Shown piece after piece: positions 19,014 through 28,857 of a stretch of 64,000 bases of DNA (positions are counted from its first letter, which is position 1; each line of letters begins with the position of its first letter). Source of the stretch: Promethearchaeota archaeon (GTDB lineage: Archaea; Asgardarchaeota; Lokiarchaeia; Sigyniarchaeales; SOKP01); NCBI GenBank assembly GCA_016839555.1, contig JAEOUA010000008.1:32001-96000 (forward strand). The letters run 5' to 3'. The notes under the pieces were generated by a model. It was not told where the DNA came from. It saw only the letters and a program-made list of their open reading frames with translations, and searched no databases. Both the position numbers and the translations under genes were made by a program.

Positions 19014-20189
19014 ATGAATAGCCCAGAGAGAGTTTTCAAAGCTTTAAATTTAGAAGAACCTGATAGAGTTCCTATTCATTTACTTTATATTGATGCGAAC
19101 AATGTTGATAAAATATTGGGAAAACCTCAAATGTCGGATTTTGATTTGGTAGATCAAATAAAAGAAAATAATCCTGACAATTGGACCGAGGAATTAACTA
19201 ATTTAGTAGAAAGCGTAGAGACCTCAGTATTTTCCCGAACTGTAGAAGCTGCGATCCAAATTGGACTTGATATAATGCAAGTTGGAATAATTCCATTCTA
19301 TTTTATTGAGGATCCTAATGATCCACGATTATTAATGAATGATATTTTTGGGAGAGTGTGGGAGGCGCGAAACAATGAAGGTAATTTTAATCCTTATTAT
19401 TTATATGGAACAACGAATTCCAAGGAAAAATGGGAAAAAATTAAATCTGATCTTCAAGGACCATTAAAGAAAAAATATAAAACATTTTCTAAAAAATTCT
19501 ATAGACGAATAAATAAGAAATACAAAGATGAAATTTGTGTGGCTGTAACTAATGATCTAGCTGGAGTTTTCGAAAGTGCTTCTCAAGGTATGGGCATGAC
19601 TTATTATGCTAAAATGCTACATAAAAATCCAGAATTTATTAAAGAGGTTCATGATGTTATTGCAGAATTTACTGCAGAATTATATAAAAGTTATATGGAT
19701 GTAGGAGCGGAAGTTTTTGTGGAATCAGGTGATTTAGCTTATAAAACGGGGCCGATGATGAGCCCTCAAAAATTTTATGAAACCTTATTACCAGCATATC
19801 AGTTAATTACAGAGACAGTCCATGAAAGAGGAGGCAAAATTATTTTGCACACAGATGGCCAAGTAACTCCCCTTTTAGATTTTGTTGTTGATTGTGGCTT
19901 TGATGGATTACATAGTCTTGAACCAACTGCTAATGTTGACATAGCGGAAGTAAAAAAGAAAGTCGGAGATAAATTATGTCTTATAGGGAATATTGATGTT
20001 TCTTATATTCTCGTAGAAGGGTCAAGAAAAGAAGTTTTTGATGCCGTTAAAAATGCAATAAAAATTGCGGCGCCAGGGGGAGGATATATTATATCCGCTG
20101 CAAATATGCATCCAACTGTGAAAGTGGAAAATATAAAGTGGTTAATTGAAGCTACCAAAAAATATGGTAATTATCCTATTTCCTTATAA
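19014..20189 (+). CDS. Uroporphyrinogen decarboxylase / MtaA-CmuA superfamily protein
   Basis: MNSPERV...EEPDRVP, DLAYKTGPMMSP, ILHTDG, LCLIGNID, APGGGYI. Confidence 0.88.
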   Translation: MNSPERVFKALNLEEPDRVPIHLLYIDANNVDKILGKPQMSDFDLVDQIKENNPDNWTEELTNLVESVETSVFSRTVEAAIQIGLDIMQVGIIPFYFIEDPNDPRLLMNDIFGRVWEARNNEGNFNPYYLYGTTNSKEKWEKIKSDLQGPLKKKYKTFSKKFYRRINKKYKDEICVAVTNDLAGVFESASQGMGMTYYAKMLHKNPEFIKEVHDVIAEFTAELYKSYMDVGAEVFVESGDLAYKTGPMMSPQKFYETLLPAYQLITETVHERGGKIILHTDGQVTPLLDFVVDCGFDGLHSLEPTANVDIAEVKKKVGDKLCLIGNIDVSYILVEGSRKEVFDAVKNAIKIAAPGGGYIISAANMHPTVKVENIKWLIEATKKYGNYPISL

Positions 20190-20221
20190 CGTCGAATTTA
20201 AGTATATAGGATTTTTAAAGG

Positions 20222-21652
20222 TCATTTATCTTCCAAGTTTATGCCTAAATCTTGCAACTTATCCCTGATTTTATCGCTTATTACATAAAGTTTCCTTTCT
20301 CTGAGTTCTTCACGGGTTTCCTTGATTATATCTAATAAGTTCTTTATTAGTTTATCTTTTTCTCCAATTGGCTCAATAATTCCAAGTTTTAATTTTTTCC
20401 TTAAGTCTGGGAATATTCCAAAAATTTGCTCTAAATCCTCAATAAATCCAAAAAATTGATTTTTAAATTCTTCTGTAATGTCAGTATTTTTCTCAAAAAC
20501 GACTCGATTAATCTCATTAAAAAGGGTTAAAATCTCTGCTATTGCCTCAGGGGTGCTAAAATCATTATCCATCGCTTCTATTATTTTTATTTTAGTTTCT
20601 TCTATTTTCGAACTTAAATCGGTTAATTTTTGAGAACTTTTATTAATTGGATTTAATTCGTGAATTTTTTTTATTGTATTTAACATTTTCTCATAATTAC
20701 TTTCTGCTTGTTGGATACTGTTCATTGTAAAATTGGCTGAGCTTCGATAATGGCTGGAGATTAAAAAAAATCGAATAACCATTGGATCAAATTTTTTAAG
20801 GAGATCCGATACTAAGAAAAAATTTCCAAGACTTTTCGACATTTTTTCTTGATCTACTTCAATAAATCCATTATGCAGAAAATACTTAGCAAATAGATCT
20901 TCCCCGGTATATGCTGTCGATTGAGCAATTTCATTTTTATGGTGAGGTGATTTTAAATCGAGACCTCCTCCATGAATATCAATCACATCCCCTAAAAACT
21001 TTAACGCCATACATGAGCATTCTATATGCCATCCTGGCCGGCCTTTTCCCCAAAGGCTTTCCCAATATGGTTCTCCTTCTTTCCAGGCCTTCCAAAGTAC
21101 AAAATCATTAGGATCATATTTATCACCATATAAAGGTTGCTCGTCTGTGGGAATTTCATACTCTATATATTCTTCTTCTTCTTTATTTTGAAAAATGGTA
21201 TTATAACCTGGATATGTCTTTACAGCAAAATATACTGACCCATTACTTTCATATGCATAGCCTTTTTCAATCAAAGTCTGAATCACTTCAATCATAAAAT
21301 CGATTATTTCCGTCGCTCTTGGAGTTCTCGTTTCGGGCTTAATATTCAAAATCCTCATTATATTATCATATTCTTCAATGTATTTTTCACTAAGTGCTTT
21401 AAAATCCATGTTTTTTTCATTAGCACGTTTTATAATCTTATCATCAATATCAGTATAATTTTTGACAATATTAACGTTAAATCCTTTATATTCTAAATAA
21501 CGTCTTATCAAATCAAAAGCGACAGCGGATTTTGCATGCCCAAGATGGGGCGAATCGTACACTGTAGGCCCACAAACATACATAAGAACCTTATCGGGAT
21601 TTAAAGGTTCAAATTTTTCTTTCTGAAAGGTTAGACTATTATAAACAAGCAT
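20222..21652 (-). CDS. cysS: Cysteine--tRNA ligase (class I)
   Basis: YVCGPTVYDSPHLGH, NYTDIDDK, GRPGWHIECS, DIHGGGLDL, KMSKSLGN. Confidence 0.97.
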   Translation of the reverse strand: MLVYNSLTFQKEKFEPLNPDKVLMYVCGPTVYDSPHLGHAKSAVAFDLIRRYLEYKGFNVNIVKNYTDIDDKIIKRANEKNMDFKALSEKYIEEYDNIMRILNIKPETRTPRATEIIDFMIEVIQTLIEKGYAYESNGSVYFAVKTYPGYNTIFQNKEEEEYIEYEIPTDEQPLYGDKYDPNDFVLWKAWKEGEPYWESLWGKGRPGWHIECSCMALKFLGDVIDIHGGGLDLKSPHHKNEIAQSTAYTGEDLFAKYFLHNGFIEVDQEKMSKSLGNFFLVSDLLKKFDPMVIRFFLISSHYRSSANFTMNSIQQAESNYEKMLNTIKKIHELNPINKSSQKLTDLSSKIEETKIKIIEAMDNDFSTPEAIAEILTLFNEINRVVFEKNTDITEEFKNQFFGFIEDLEQIFGIFPDLRKKLKLGIIEPIGEKDKLIKNLLDIIKETREELRERKLYVISDKIRDKLQDLGINLEDK

Positions 21653-21786
21653 TTATCTACTTCACCATAAAAAGAAACTCATATTAATCTAGATTTTTTA
21701 GATCATCATACCATTTATTATTTTCTCTAATTTTTTATTATTACAACTTGACAGCAATTAAATTGCTAAATAGAATGACATTATCT

Positions 21787-22359
21787 TTAATTACAATAAT
21801 TCACCCATTTTTGAGGGTTTTTAGCATATCCTTTCTCATCTATAGCTCCGATTCTGTCTATAATTTTTTGAGGTATGGGATTTTTTCCAATTCTTAATAT
21901 TTTTAATTTTTTTAAATTTCCCAAACCCTCAATAGTTCTTATATTATTTTCATATAGATTTAAATTTAATAAGTTATGTAAATTCTCAAGACCTTCAATT
22001 TTTGTAATTTTATTAGTCTCAAATGAAAGCGTTTCAAGATTTTTTAGATTGCTAAGGTTCTCAATTTTAGAAATTTTATTTTCGGAAAGATAGAGCACTT
22101 TTAAATTTGAAAGCGCTTCTAGATTTTCAATTCTTTGAATTTTATTTCCATAAAGATTAAGCTTTTCTAAACCTTTAAGATTATTTAATCCTTGAATTTC
22201 TGTTATATTATTATTAAACAAATATAATTCTTTTAAATTCGGTAAATTCTCCAAATTAATCATTTGTTTTATATTTTTTATCCCAATATTACCTAAAATT
22301 AATTTCTGATTCTTTAGATAATATTTTTTACCTTTAACTACAACATAATCTTGAGCCAT
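21787..22359 (-). CDS. SDS22-type leucine-rich repeat protein
   Basis: 22-aa LxxLxLxxNxIxxIxGL repeats. Confidence 0.9.
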   Translation of the reverse strand: MAQDYVVVKGKKYYLKNQKLILGNIGIKNIKQMINLENLPNLKELYLFNNNITEIQGLNNLKGLEKLNLYGNKIQRIENLEALSNLKVLYLSENKISKIENLSNLKNLETLSFETNKITKIEGLENLHNLLNLNLYENNIRTIEGLGNLKKLKILRIGKNPIPQKIIDRIGAIDEKGYAKNPQKWVNYCN

Positions 22360-22468
22360 AAATTAATCATATTCTAAAAGTGTTTTAAAAATTCAAATTA
22401 TTTTAATGATTAATTCAAAAAAGAAGTTTTGCAAACCTATTTCTTTTCAAATATATTAGTGTAAAAAA

Positions 22469-22566
22469 AGCCAGCGATGGGAATTGAACCCATGATAAAT
22501 GGCTTTCCACGATAGTTGGGTATTTAAGTTCTGCAGGCCATCTCCTTGCCGCTCGGAAACGCTGGC
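22469..22566 (-). tRNA. tRNA-Cys(GCA) with 26-nt intron at 37/38 (22505-22530)
   Basis: GCCAGCG/CGCTGGC acceptor stem, U73, ATGGC/GCCAT anticodon stem, CTGCAG loop, T arm ATGGG-TTCAATT-CCCAT; 72-nt exons. Confidence 0.95.
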
Positions 22567-22762
22567 GTGAACAAATAATATTGACTGAAATGTGAATTAT
22601 CAATTCACAATAAATATTCAATAGCTTGATTTAAATAATTAATGTTAATTATAAAATGATTGAAAAAAATAAAATAATAAGTTAGGAATTAATCTTATAT
22701 TGTTAATTTATTAGGAATTGTATTCTTTAATATCTTGGAAACTAAAAATTATTTTGGATAAA

Positions 22763-23053
22763 ATGACAGAACTGGAGAGAATTGAGAAGATTCTTAAAAA
22801 ACATATGAAAATTTTGAAAAAAAAATTCTATGTTAAAAGAATTGGTATTTTTGGTTCCCTTTCAAAAGGAAAGCAAACTCCTGAGAGCGATGTTGATATT
22901 TTAGTTGAGCTAAATGGTCCAATAGGTTGGGATTTTGTAGAATTAAAGTATTTTCTAGAAGAGATCATTGGAAAGAAAGTCGATTTAGTTAGTATTAAAG
23001 CATTAAAACCACAACTCAAAAAAAATATTTTAAATGAGGTTATCTATGTATGA
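22763..23053 (+). CDS. Minimal nucleotidyltransferase (MNT antitoxin)
   Basis: IGIFGS...ESDVDILV, KVDLV; ATG at 22763 preferred over 22718. Confidence 0.9.
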   Translation: MTELERIEKILKKHMKILKKKFYVKRIGIFGSLSKGKQTPESDVDILVELNGPIGWDFVELKYFLEEIIGKKVDLVSIKALKPQLKKNILNEVIYV

Positions 23054-23399
23054 CCGATGACATTGATAAAGTTAAACTATATTTAGAAGATATTTTAGAA
23101 GCTATTCAAAAAATAGCAAAATATACAAAAAATTTAAATAAATCAACTTTTAAGAAAAAAGAAATTATAATCATGCCGTTTTAAGAAATTTAGAAATATT
23201 GGGAGAAGCATCTCGAAATCTACCAGATGACTTTAAAGCTAAATTTACTCAAATCCCATGGAAAAAAATTATCGGATTAAGAAATATAGTATTACATGAA
23301 TATATTAATATTGATTTAGACATCATATGGGATATAATTACCAAAAACATCCCTGAAACTGAATTAAAAATAGAAAAAATATATAAAAACTTTTTTTAA
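23050..23399 (+). pseudogene. HEPN (DUF86) toxin with a 1-nt frameshift near 23172
   Basis: ATGA overlap with MNT; frame 1 MTDDIDKVKLYLEDILEAIQKI..., frame 2 AVLRNLEILGEA...IPWKKIIGLRNIVLHEY. Confidence 0.85.
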
Positions 23400-23614
23400 T
23401 ATGATTTTTCCTAAATTCCTTTTAATAAATGTCTTTATTCTTATTTTGTTTAGATTATTTTATAAAATAAAAAATTATATATAGATTAATTTATGAAAGA
23501 TTCTCTCTTTTCTTTTAGAGTTAATATTTCATAAAACTAAAGCTTATTATTTTGGTTAACTAGTTTTGAAATTAGAAATATAATTATAAATCAATAAATA
23601 AATGGTGAAAAATT

Positions 23615-23923
23615 ATGTCCGAAGAAAAAGAACGAATAATTATAAGTCCTTCAATATGTGGTTGGGCTGATGAGGATCACAAAACTTATAGAATTGAAGT
23701 AGAATTACCGGGTGTGGATAAAGATACAATTAAACTTAAGATGCATGAAGATAGTTTCTTTTTGAAGGGAGAGACGGATAATGTAGTATATGTTGGATCA
23801 TATGCTGTTTGCTGTCCAGTAAAACCAGGGGAGGCTAAAGCTAACTACAAAAATGGATTACTGAAGGTTGAAGTTCCCTTTAAAGATCCATTGGAAGATG
23901 CGATTGATATAGAAATTCATTAA
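23615..23923 (+). CDS. Small heat-shock protein (Hsp20)
   Basis: ELPGVDK, AKANYKNGLLKV, C-terminal IxI. Confidence 0.9.
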   Translation: MSEEKERIIISPSICGWADEDHKTYRIEVELPGVDKDTIKLKMHEDSFFLKGETDNVVYVGSYAVCCPVKPGEAKANYKNGLLKVEVPFKDPLEDAIDIEIH

Positions 23924-23972
23924 TTTTTCTTTTTTAATTTAATAATAAACACTTTAAAAAAAGGTGTAAAAT

Positions 23973-24278
23973 ATGTCAGAAGAATTAGAAAAAAGAATTA
24001 TATCCCCAAATATGTGTTCATGGCTCGATGATGAACATAATACATCACATATTGAGATAGAGCTACCTGGTGTAGAAAAAGATACTATAAAGTTGCGAAT
24101 GCATGAAGACTCATTTTTTATTTCTGGAGAAACAGAACAAATAAGATATATTGGTTCTTATTCGTTATGCTGTCCTGTGATTCCAGAAAATGCTAAAGCA
24201 ACCTATAAAGAAGGATTATTAACATTTGATGTTCCCTTTAAAACAAAATTCGAAAGTGTAGATGTAGAAATTCATTAA
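23973..24278 (+). CDS. Small heat-shock protein (Hsp20), tandem paralogue
   Basis: ELPGVEK, AKATYKEGLL; close similarity to the upstream gene. Confidence 0.9.
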   Translation: MSEELEKRIISPNMCSWLDDEHNTSHIEIELPGVEKDTIKLRMHEDSFFISGETEQIRYIGSYSLCCPVIPENAKATYKEGLLTFDVPFKTKFESVDVEIH

Positions 24279-24356
24279 ATAACTTTTTTTTATTTTAAAT
24301 TTTTTATCAGACTTGCTTTTCCATTGTTCTATATGAAAGATCTTGTCATGAAGCAA

Positions 24357-25223
24357 TTAATTAACTTTCTCCGCGATAATAAATATATGGCGTTCTGGTA
24401 CAAGTGGTTCATCAATTCCAACATAATCAGTTTCAATTATATCAAATCCATGTGCTTTTAAAAGTTTTTCCCACTCTTTTACCTTAAGGAAATTGAGAGG
24501 TACATTAATATCTTCACCCCCAATTACTCGATTATAAAACCAATCAACAAAACAGTTAGTTATTTTAAAATCATCCTTTTCAATATAAGCTTCTTTGATT
24601 ACTAAACGTTGTTTAGTTACTCTAGTTGCTTCTTCTAATAGATGTTCAGGATCATTCGCATGATGTAACACAGTATATAGAATAGTTGTATCTACTTCTT
24701 GATCTGCTAAAGGTACTTTATGCTTTGGATTATATAATATTAATGGTAATTCTGTATAATTATAATCCAAAACATCAATTAGAACAACTTCTTTATCAAG
24801 TTCTTTTTTTATCACTTGTGCTAAAAGACCATTTCCAGCACCAAGATCCAAAATTTTCTTTCCTACGATATAATCTCTTATTTTTTCAAACCTCTTTTTA
24901 ACTTCTTTGAATTCTTTAGCTTTTAGATCTTTTTCATTATCAACATGTCTTTTAATAAATTTTCGCAATGTATTTTCGACGTTAATAAGTGGAATTCCTT
25001 TTTTCATGCCTTTAGTTATAGTTCTATTTACATATAGCCAAAAAATCCTTCTTTTAAAATAATTAACATCAGCATTTTTCATTGCAGATAGTAACAATGA
25101 GCGGATTTCATTCCAATAATGCTTGTATTCTTCGTTACTTTTAGAAAATATTGGATATATTACATCTTCTATAATATTTATATCATTTGGATTATCTAAT
25201 TTATTAAATTTTATGTGGTTCAT
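24357..25223 (-). CDS. Class I SAM-dependent methyltransferase
   Basis: ILDLGAGNG, VLHH...LLEEATRV. Confidence 0.85.
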   Translation of the reverse strand: MNHIKFNKLDNPNDINIIEDVIYPIFSKSNEEYKHYWNEIRSLLLSAMKNADVNYFKRRIFWLYVNRTITKGMKKGIPLINVENTLRKFIKRHVDNEKDLKAKEFKEVKKRFEKIRDYIVGKKILDLGAGNGLLAQVIKKELDKEVVLIDVLDYNYTELPLILYNPKHKVPLADQEVDTTILYTVLHHANDPEHLLEEATRVTKQRLVIKEAYIEKDDFKITNCFVDWFYNRVIGGEDINVPLNFLKVKEWEKLLKAHGFDIIETDYVGIDEPLVPERHIFIIAEKVN

Positions 25224-25256
25224 TTTTTATTAATATTAGTATTATTTTTAAGTAAT

Positions 25257-25298
25257 TGAGTATTTACTCATTTATAAACTTTATGAGCAATTACTCAT
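25257..25298. promoter_or_regulatory. Two palindromic operators flanking a bidirectional TATA box
   Basis: TGAGTATTTACTCA (25257-70), TTTATAAA (25271-78), ATGAGCAATTACTCAT (25283-98), between divergent methyltransferase and TetR genes. Confidence 0.75.
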
Positions 25299-25311
25299 TT
25301 AATAAATTAAG

Positions 25312-25926
25312 ATGTCAAAAAAAAAATTCTCTAGAAATAAAGAAGAAAAAATAGAACGCATTTATAAAGAATTCTTTAATCTAATATTAAAAAAAGGTTA
25401 TCATAACACAAGTACGAATCATATCGCAGAATCTGCTAAAATTAGTATAGGTACAATTTATAAATATTTTCCTAAAGGAAAAGAAGATATTATAAGAAAA
25501 TATTTTGAAGAATCAATGGAAAATATGTTGGAATCAGATGATTTGATTAGTTTAAATGATGATAATATTAGGAATAATCTTAATCATTTTATTACAGAGT
25601 TAATAAAATATCATAAGGAGAATAGAGGATATCATCTAGCTTTTAGATCTGCTATACAATCTGATAAAAAATTGCTTGCTTCACATAGAGAGAAAACATT
25701 TTTAATATTTAAAGACAGGGCGCAGAAATTAAGAAAAGCTAATAAAAATTTTGAAAAAATACCCGAAAAAGGATTAGTTGAAGCTTTTGTATTTGCATAT
25801 AATCTTGTTAATGCTATACTCTATCATCATTTATCAATAATGAAATTTTTTGATTCAGAAGATAAATTAATTGAATATCTTTTGAATTTGGTGGTTTTTT
25901 CATTACAATATTTACTTAAATCATAA
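25312..25926 (+). CDS. TetR/AcrR family transcriptional regulator
   Basis: GYHNTSTNHIAESAKISIGTIYKYFPKGKEDI. Confidence 0.92.
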   Translation: MSKKKFSRNKEEKIERIYKEFFNLILKKGYHNTSTNHIAESAKISIGTIYKYFPKGKEDIIRKYFEESMENMLESDDLISLNDDNIRNNLNHFITELIKYHKENRGYHLAFRSAIQSDKKLLASHREKTFLIFKDRAQKLRKANKNFEKIPEKGLVEAFVFAYNLVNAILYHHLSIMKFFDSEDKLIEYLLNLVVFSLQYLLKS

Positions 25927-25956
25927 ATAAGACAAAATAAGATGAAATGAAAAATA

Positions 25957-26898
25957 TTAATATTTAATTTCGGTTTTTTTAAGGTAATCAAATGCAGAAT
26001 AGGCTGCGATAACTCCTTCCGATACACCTGTAATAGCTTGTTTAAAAGGGGCGTCAGCAACATCCCCAGCGGCATATATACCTGAAATATTTGTTTCAGA
26101 CTTTCTATTAATTATAATCTCTCCTTTTTCGTTGGTTTTAACACCTATTTTTTCAGCAATATCAGATGCCGGAATGGAACCAATTTCAATAAAAACTCCG
26201 TCAACTTCTAAATTTTCTCCATTATCGAATACAACGGATGTCACATTATTTTCATCTCCTTTAATTTCATTAATATTAGTATTATAAATGATTTCGATTT
26301 TTTCATTTTCAAGCACTCGCTTTTTATTAATCGGTTCTGCCCGTATCTCATCTCTTCGATATATAATATATACTTTTTTAGCATGTCTTGCTAGAAAAAG
26401 TGCCTCTTTAGCAGCTGAGTCGCTTCCACCAATAACGCTTACAATTTTATCTTTAAAAAAAGGCCCATCGCATGTAGCGCAATAAGATACTCCTTTTCCC
26501 GTATATTTTTTTTCTCCAGCGATATTAAGCTTTCTGCGTTCTGAGCCGGTTGCAATACATATGGTCTTTGCCTTAAAGGTTTGGAAGAATGATTTCAAGA
26601 TGAAATAATCATTTTCTTTACTGATTTCATTAATTTCGTCAGTAATATAAGGAATTTCAAGAGAATTAATATGATCTCTAAACATTTCCATAAGTTCAGT
26701 CCCTGTAACCGAGGTAATTCCAGGATAATTCTCGACGATATGAGTTGTAGTTATTAATCCTCCATATTCTCTACCGATTAATAGAAATTCCAAATCAAAT
26801 CTCGCAGCATAAATCGCACATCCTAATGCTGTTGGACCAAGCCCTAAGATGATAATATCATAAATCTTTTCAGGATCTAATTGTTCTAAATTATACAT
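25957..26898 (-). CDS. trxB: Thioredoxin-disulfide reductase
   Basis: VENYPG, GVSYCATCDG, IGGSDSA, YAAGDV. Confidence 0.93.
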   Translation of the reverse strand: MYNLEQLDPEKIYDIIILGLGPTALGCAIYAARFDLEFLLIGREYGGLITTTHIVENYPGITSVTGTELMEMFRDHINSLEIPYITDEINEISKENDYFILKSFFQTFKAKTICIATGSERRKLNIAGEKKYTGKGVSYCATCDGPFFKDKIVSVIGGSDSAAKEALFLARHAKKVYIIYRRDEIRAEPINKKRVLENEKIEIIYNTNINEIKGDENNVTSVVFDNGENLEVDGVFIEIGSIPASDIAEKIGVKTNEKGEIIINRKSETNISGIYAAGDVADAPFKQAITGVSEGVIAAYSAFDYLKKTEIKY

Positions 26899-26998
26899 AT
26901 TATACCCTTTTTTGAAATTATTCTTACAATATAGCTTATTTTTTTATGAGTTTTAAATAAAGGTAACACATTAAAGAGAGTTTAGTTTCTTATCAGAA

Positions 26999-27694
26999 TT
27001 ATCTGTATTGAATATTAATATTTGAAACTATTAATTCTCTTAGAAGTTGTTGAGATCCAATCATCCCCTGAATCGCTGGTCGCTCATTTATAATAGTATA
27101 GGGGACTCCTGAGGCGTTATAATATTGTCCAATATCTTGATTGGCAAGAATATCAACAATTACTGATCTAATTTTTCCCTCGGACGCAATTGCAAACAGA
27201 TTTGCGGTTTCAATCAACTGAGGACAATATGGACATTGCATTGTCATCATTATCTTTATAGTTGTTGGGTTAATTCTATGAAGATTTTGTTTAATTGCAT
27301 TTTCAAAATAATTGGGTCCTCCAGCAAAAGCGAATATCGTTTTTACGAAGGGCTGGATTTCTAACCCATGGGGTGCTGCCAAATATCTCACCAATTCTCT
27401 ATCTCTATCATCAATAAATAATATAGTCGGAACTCTTTGAATATCATATCTTCGGGCAAATTCCTGATTTTCGCTAATAGATAATTCCTGAACTTCTAAC
27501 ATTCCATTTGAATTTTCTTCATAAATTCGAAGTAAATTCATAAGATTATTACAATCATAACATTCTCTTACTTTAGTTCCATCGGGATTCGTTTTTAATG
27601 AAGTAAAAACCCTTAATTTTGCATTTTTTTGCAATTTCGACATTTCTCGTTGAATTATATTCTTATAGTTTTCTGTAGTTGCTATTATTACCAC
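26999..27694 (-). CDS. Protein disulfide oxidoreductase (two Trx folds, AhpF-N/PDO-like)
   Basis: CYDC and CPYC sites, RVPT, GVPYT. Confidence 0.85.
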   Translation of the reverse strand: MVIIATTENYKNIIQREMSKLQKNAKLRVFTSLKTNPDGTKVRECYDCNNLMNLLRIYEENSNGMLEVQELSISENQEFARRYDIQRVPTILFIDDRDRELVRYLAAPHGLEIQPFVKTIFAFAGGPNYFENAIKQNLHRINPTTIKIMMTMQCPYCPQLIETANLFAIASEGKIRSVIVDILANQDIGQYYNASGVPYTIINERPAIQGMIGSQQLLRELIVSNINIQYR

Positions 27695-27725
27695 CTCCTC
27701 CTTAAATTAATTATTTAAATAAAAG

Positions 27726-28430
27726 TTAAGCATACATTCCTCCAAAATCTCTTTGTCCTCCAGTTAATTTATCCAAAAGATCTTGTGGAGTAAAGAGACC
27801 ATATAAAGTATCTTTCTTGTTAATCATTGTATTAGGTACACTTGTGATGTTATATTCTTGAGCAATATCTGGATTTGCATTAATATCTATTACTTTAACA
27901 TTTATTTTTCCATCTGAAACAAGTGCAAACAAATTAGCAATAGGAATAACTTGAGGGCAGTATGGACATGTATGGGTTATAAACATAGTAATTTCTGATT
28001 TCTGGATATTTTTCAAATTTGTTTTTATTTGGTCCTTATAAAATGGACTTAATCCTGAATAGAATTGCAAAGTTTTTATAAATCCAACTAATTGATTTCC
28101 ATCCGGGACTGCGGTATATCTTATCATTTCTTTTCCATTTTTATCCAAAAAGATAATGGTTGGAATTCTTTCAATATGAAATTTCTCTATAAACTCTTGA
28201 TCTTCATTAGTTGATATTTCTATAATTTTTAATTTCCCTTGCGAGGCTTTTTCTAATTCATTTAATATATTCATTATGCTATTACAAGACAAGCATTGTC
28301 TTCTTTTTTTTTCTTCTTTAGAAGCTTTATAATCAGTAACTACTCGTAAGGTGATCTCATTTTTTAATTTCGACATCTCATTATTGATTATTTTCTCTTC
28401 GCGGTCAGAAAATACCATTTTTAAATTCAC
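27726..28430 (-). CDS. Protein disulfide oxidoreductase, paralogue
   Basis: CLSC and CPYC sites, RIPT, SVPNT. Confidence 0.85.
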   Translation of the reverse strand: MNLKMVFSDREEKIINNEMSKLKNEITLRVVTDYKASKEEKKRRQCLSCNSIMNILNELEKASQGKLKIIEISTNEDQEFIEKFHIERIPTIIFLDKNGKEMIRYTAVPDGNQLVGFIKTLQFYSGLSPFYKDQIKTNLKNIQKSEITMFITHTCPYCPQVIPIANLFALVSDGKINVKVIDINANPDIAQEYNITSVPNTMINKKDTLYGLFTPQDLLDKLTGGQRDFGGMYA

Positions 28431-28857
28431 TGATTTTTCTAAATCTATATCTAATTACTTAGAGATTATTTGTATTAAAAATATTTTTCTTAATAAAATA
28501 AAAATAAGTAAATGATCTAATTTACTGAATATAATTTTAAGGAAAAAAATATTAAGAAAAAATTAATTTATTCTTTCTAATTTTTATTACTTTCTCTAAA
28601 GATATTAAATCAATATGTCCCATTATATAAAGATTCATAATACTTATTCTATTTCTCGCTTCAAGCTTTAGATTCTGACCATAAATCTAAAAAATAAATC
28701 ATAAAATTATTATTTATTTTCTAAATAGGTTTAACTAATTATTAATTTTAATAAAAATCACACAATCTTTGAAAAAGTTTAATTACTTTATCATTCAAAT
28801 AAAATTAAAATAAATTATATAAATTTTTCAAAATAATTAATAAAAACTGAATTAAAA

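Noticed and set aside
22415-22621. Tracked 68-aa ORF
   Set aside because: Overlaps the tRNA-Cys gene
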